From contig JBHGNT010000014.1 in the NCBI GenBank assembly GCA_043228905.1, forward strand, positions 9,052,001-9,116,000: a stretch of DNA of 64,000 nucleotides, written 5' to 3'. Below are positions 63,801-64,000 of this stretch, one piece after another; positions within the stretch are counted from its first letter, which is position 1, and every line of letters starts with the position of its first letter. The DNA comes from Azolla caroliniana. Lineage: Eukaryota; Plantae; Polypodiophyta. A program made the translations under genes and the position numbers. The notes under the pieces are model-generated. The model did not search any database, was not told where the DNA came from, and saw nothing but the letters and a program-made list of their open reading frames with translations.

Positions 63801-64000
63801 ACACCCGGCTAAAGGTGTTGACAGGGGAGGTAGTCCGCTCTATCTCCCTCACCTTCATGTTAAATAATTGCTGAATCAAGATGATTTTGGAGGAGCTTGA
63901 CTTCTTTTCATATATTGATTGAAGTTTCTCCCATACGGCGAATGCAATTGTCTCTTTAGCCATGTTGAAGTAGACGTTTTCGGCCAGATGCATCCTGCTA
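60900..64000 (-). mobile_element. Degenerate copia element L (gag, protease, integrase, partial RT); runs off the window end
   Basis: WEKLQSIYEKKS..QLFNMK, WLLDSGATFH, LWHG, DNGGEY and GVDYDEIFSPVVK..QLDVKSTFLHG. LTR-like sequence at about 60600-60900. Confidence 0.88.
61305..62010. repeat. 353-bp tandem duplication in the integrase-RT linker of L
   Basis: Copies start at 61305 and 61658 and are highly similar. Confidence 0.92.

Overview
Eukaryotic plant nuclear DNA. The retroelement families and microsatellites look like a seed-free plant such as a fern, but the taxon is inference. About three-quarters of the window is nested transposons. One host gene is present and is mostly invisible to the ORF track: a minus-strand SLC35F1/F2-like (DUF914) transporter. 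I can assemble 8 in-phase GT-AG exons (35727 down to 74; 372 codons), and the gene continues past the window start. Three introns of 6.6-13.7 kb are filled with LTR retrotransposons. The rest is mostly Ty1/copia elements of several families, many with exact LTR, PBS, PPT and TSD boundaries. One is young and intact (49185-54651). There is also a non-autonomous gypsy element with a tRNA-Trp PBS, hAT MITEs and a hAT transposase relic. The most unusual signals are: (1) a stem-loop enclosing the PPT/3'-LTR junction in several sequence-unrelated families, with a compensatory change; (2) a ~200-aa charged Pol tail between a duplicated PPT-like motif and the LTR; (3) two head-to-head elements sharing one TSD; (4) a telomere-repeat patch joining two truncated elements; (5) repeated insertion into the same LTR U5 motif; (6) a transporter N-terminus built from microsatellites. 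All calls are by eye; no database searches were run.
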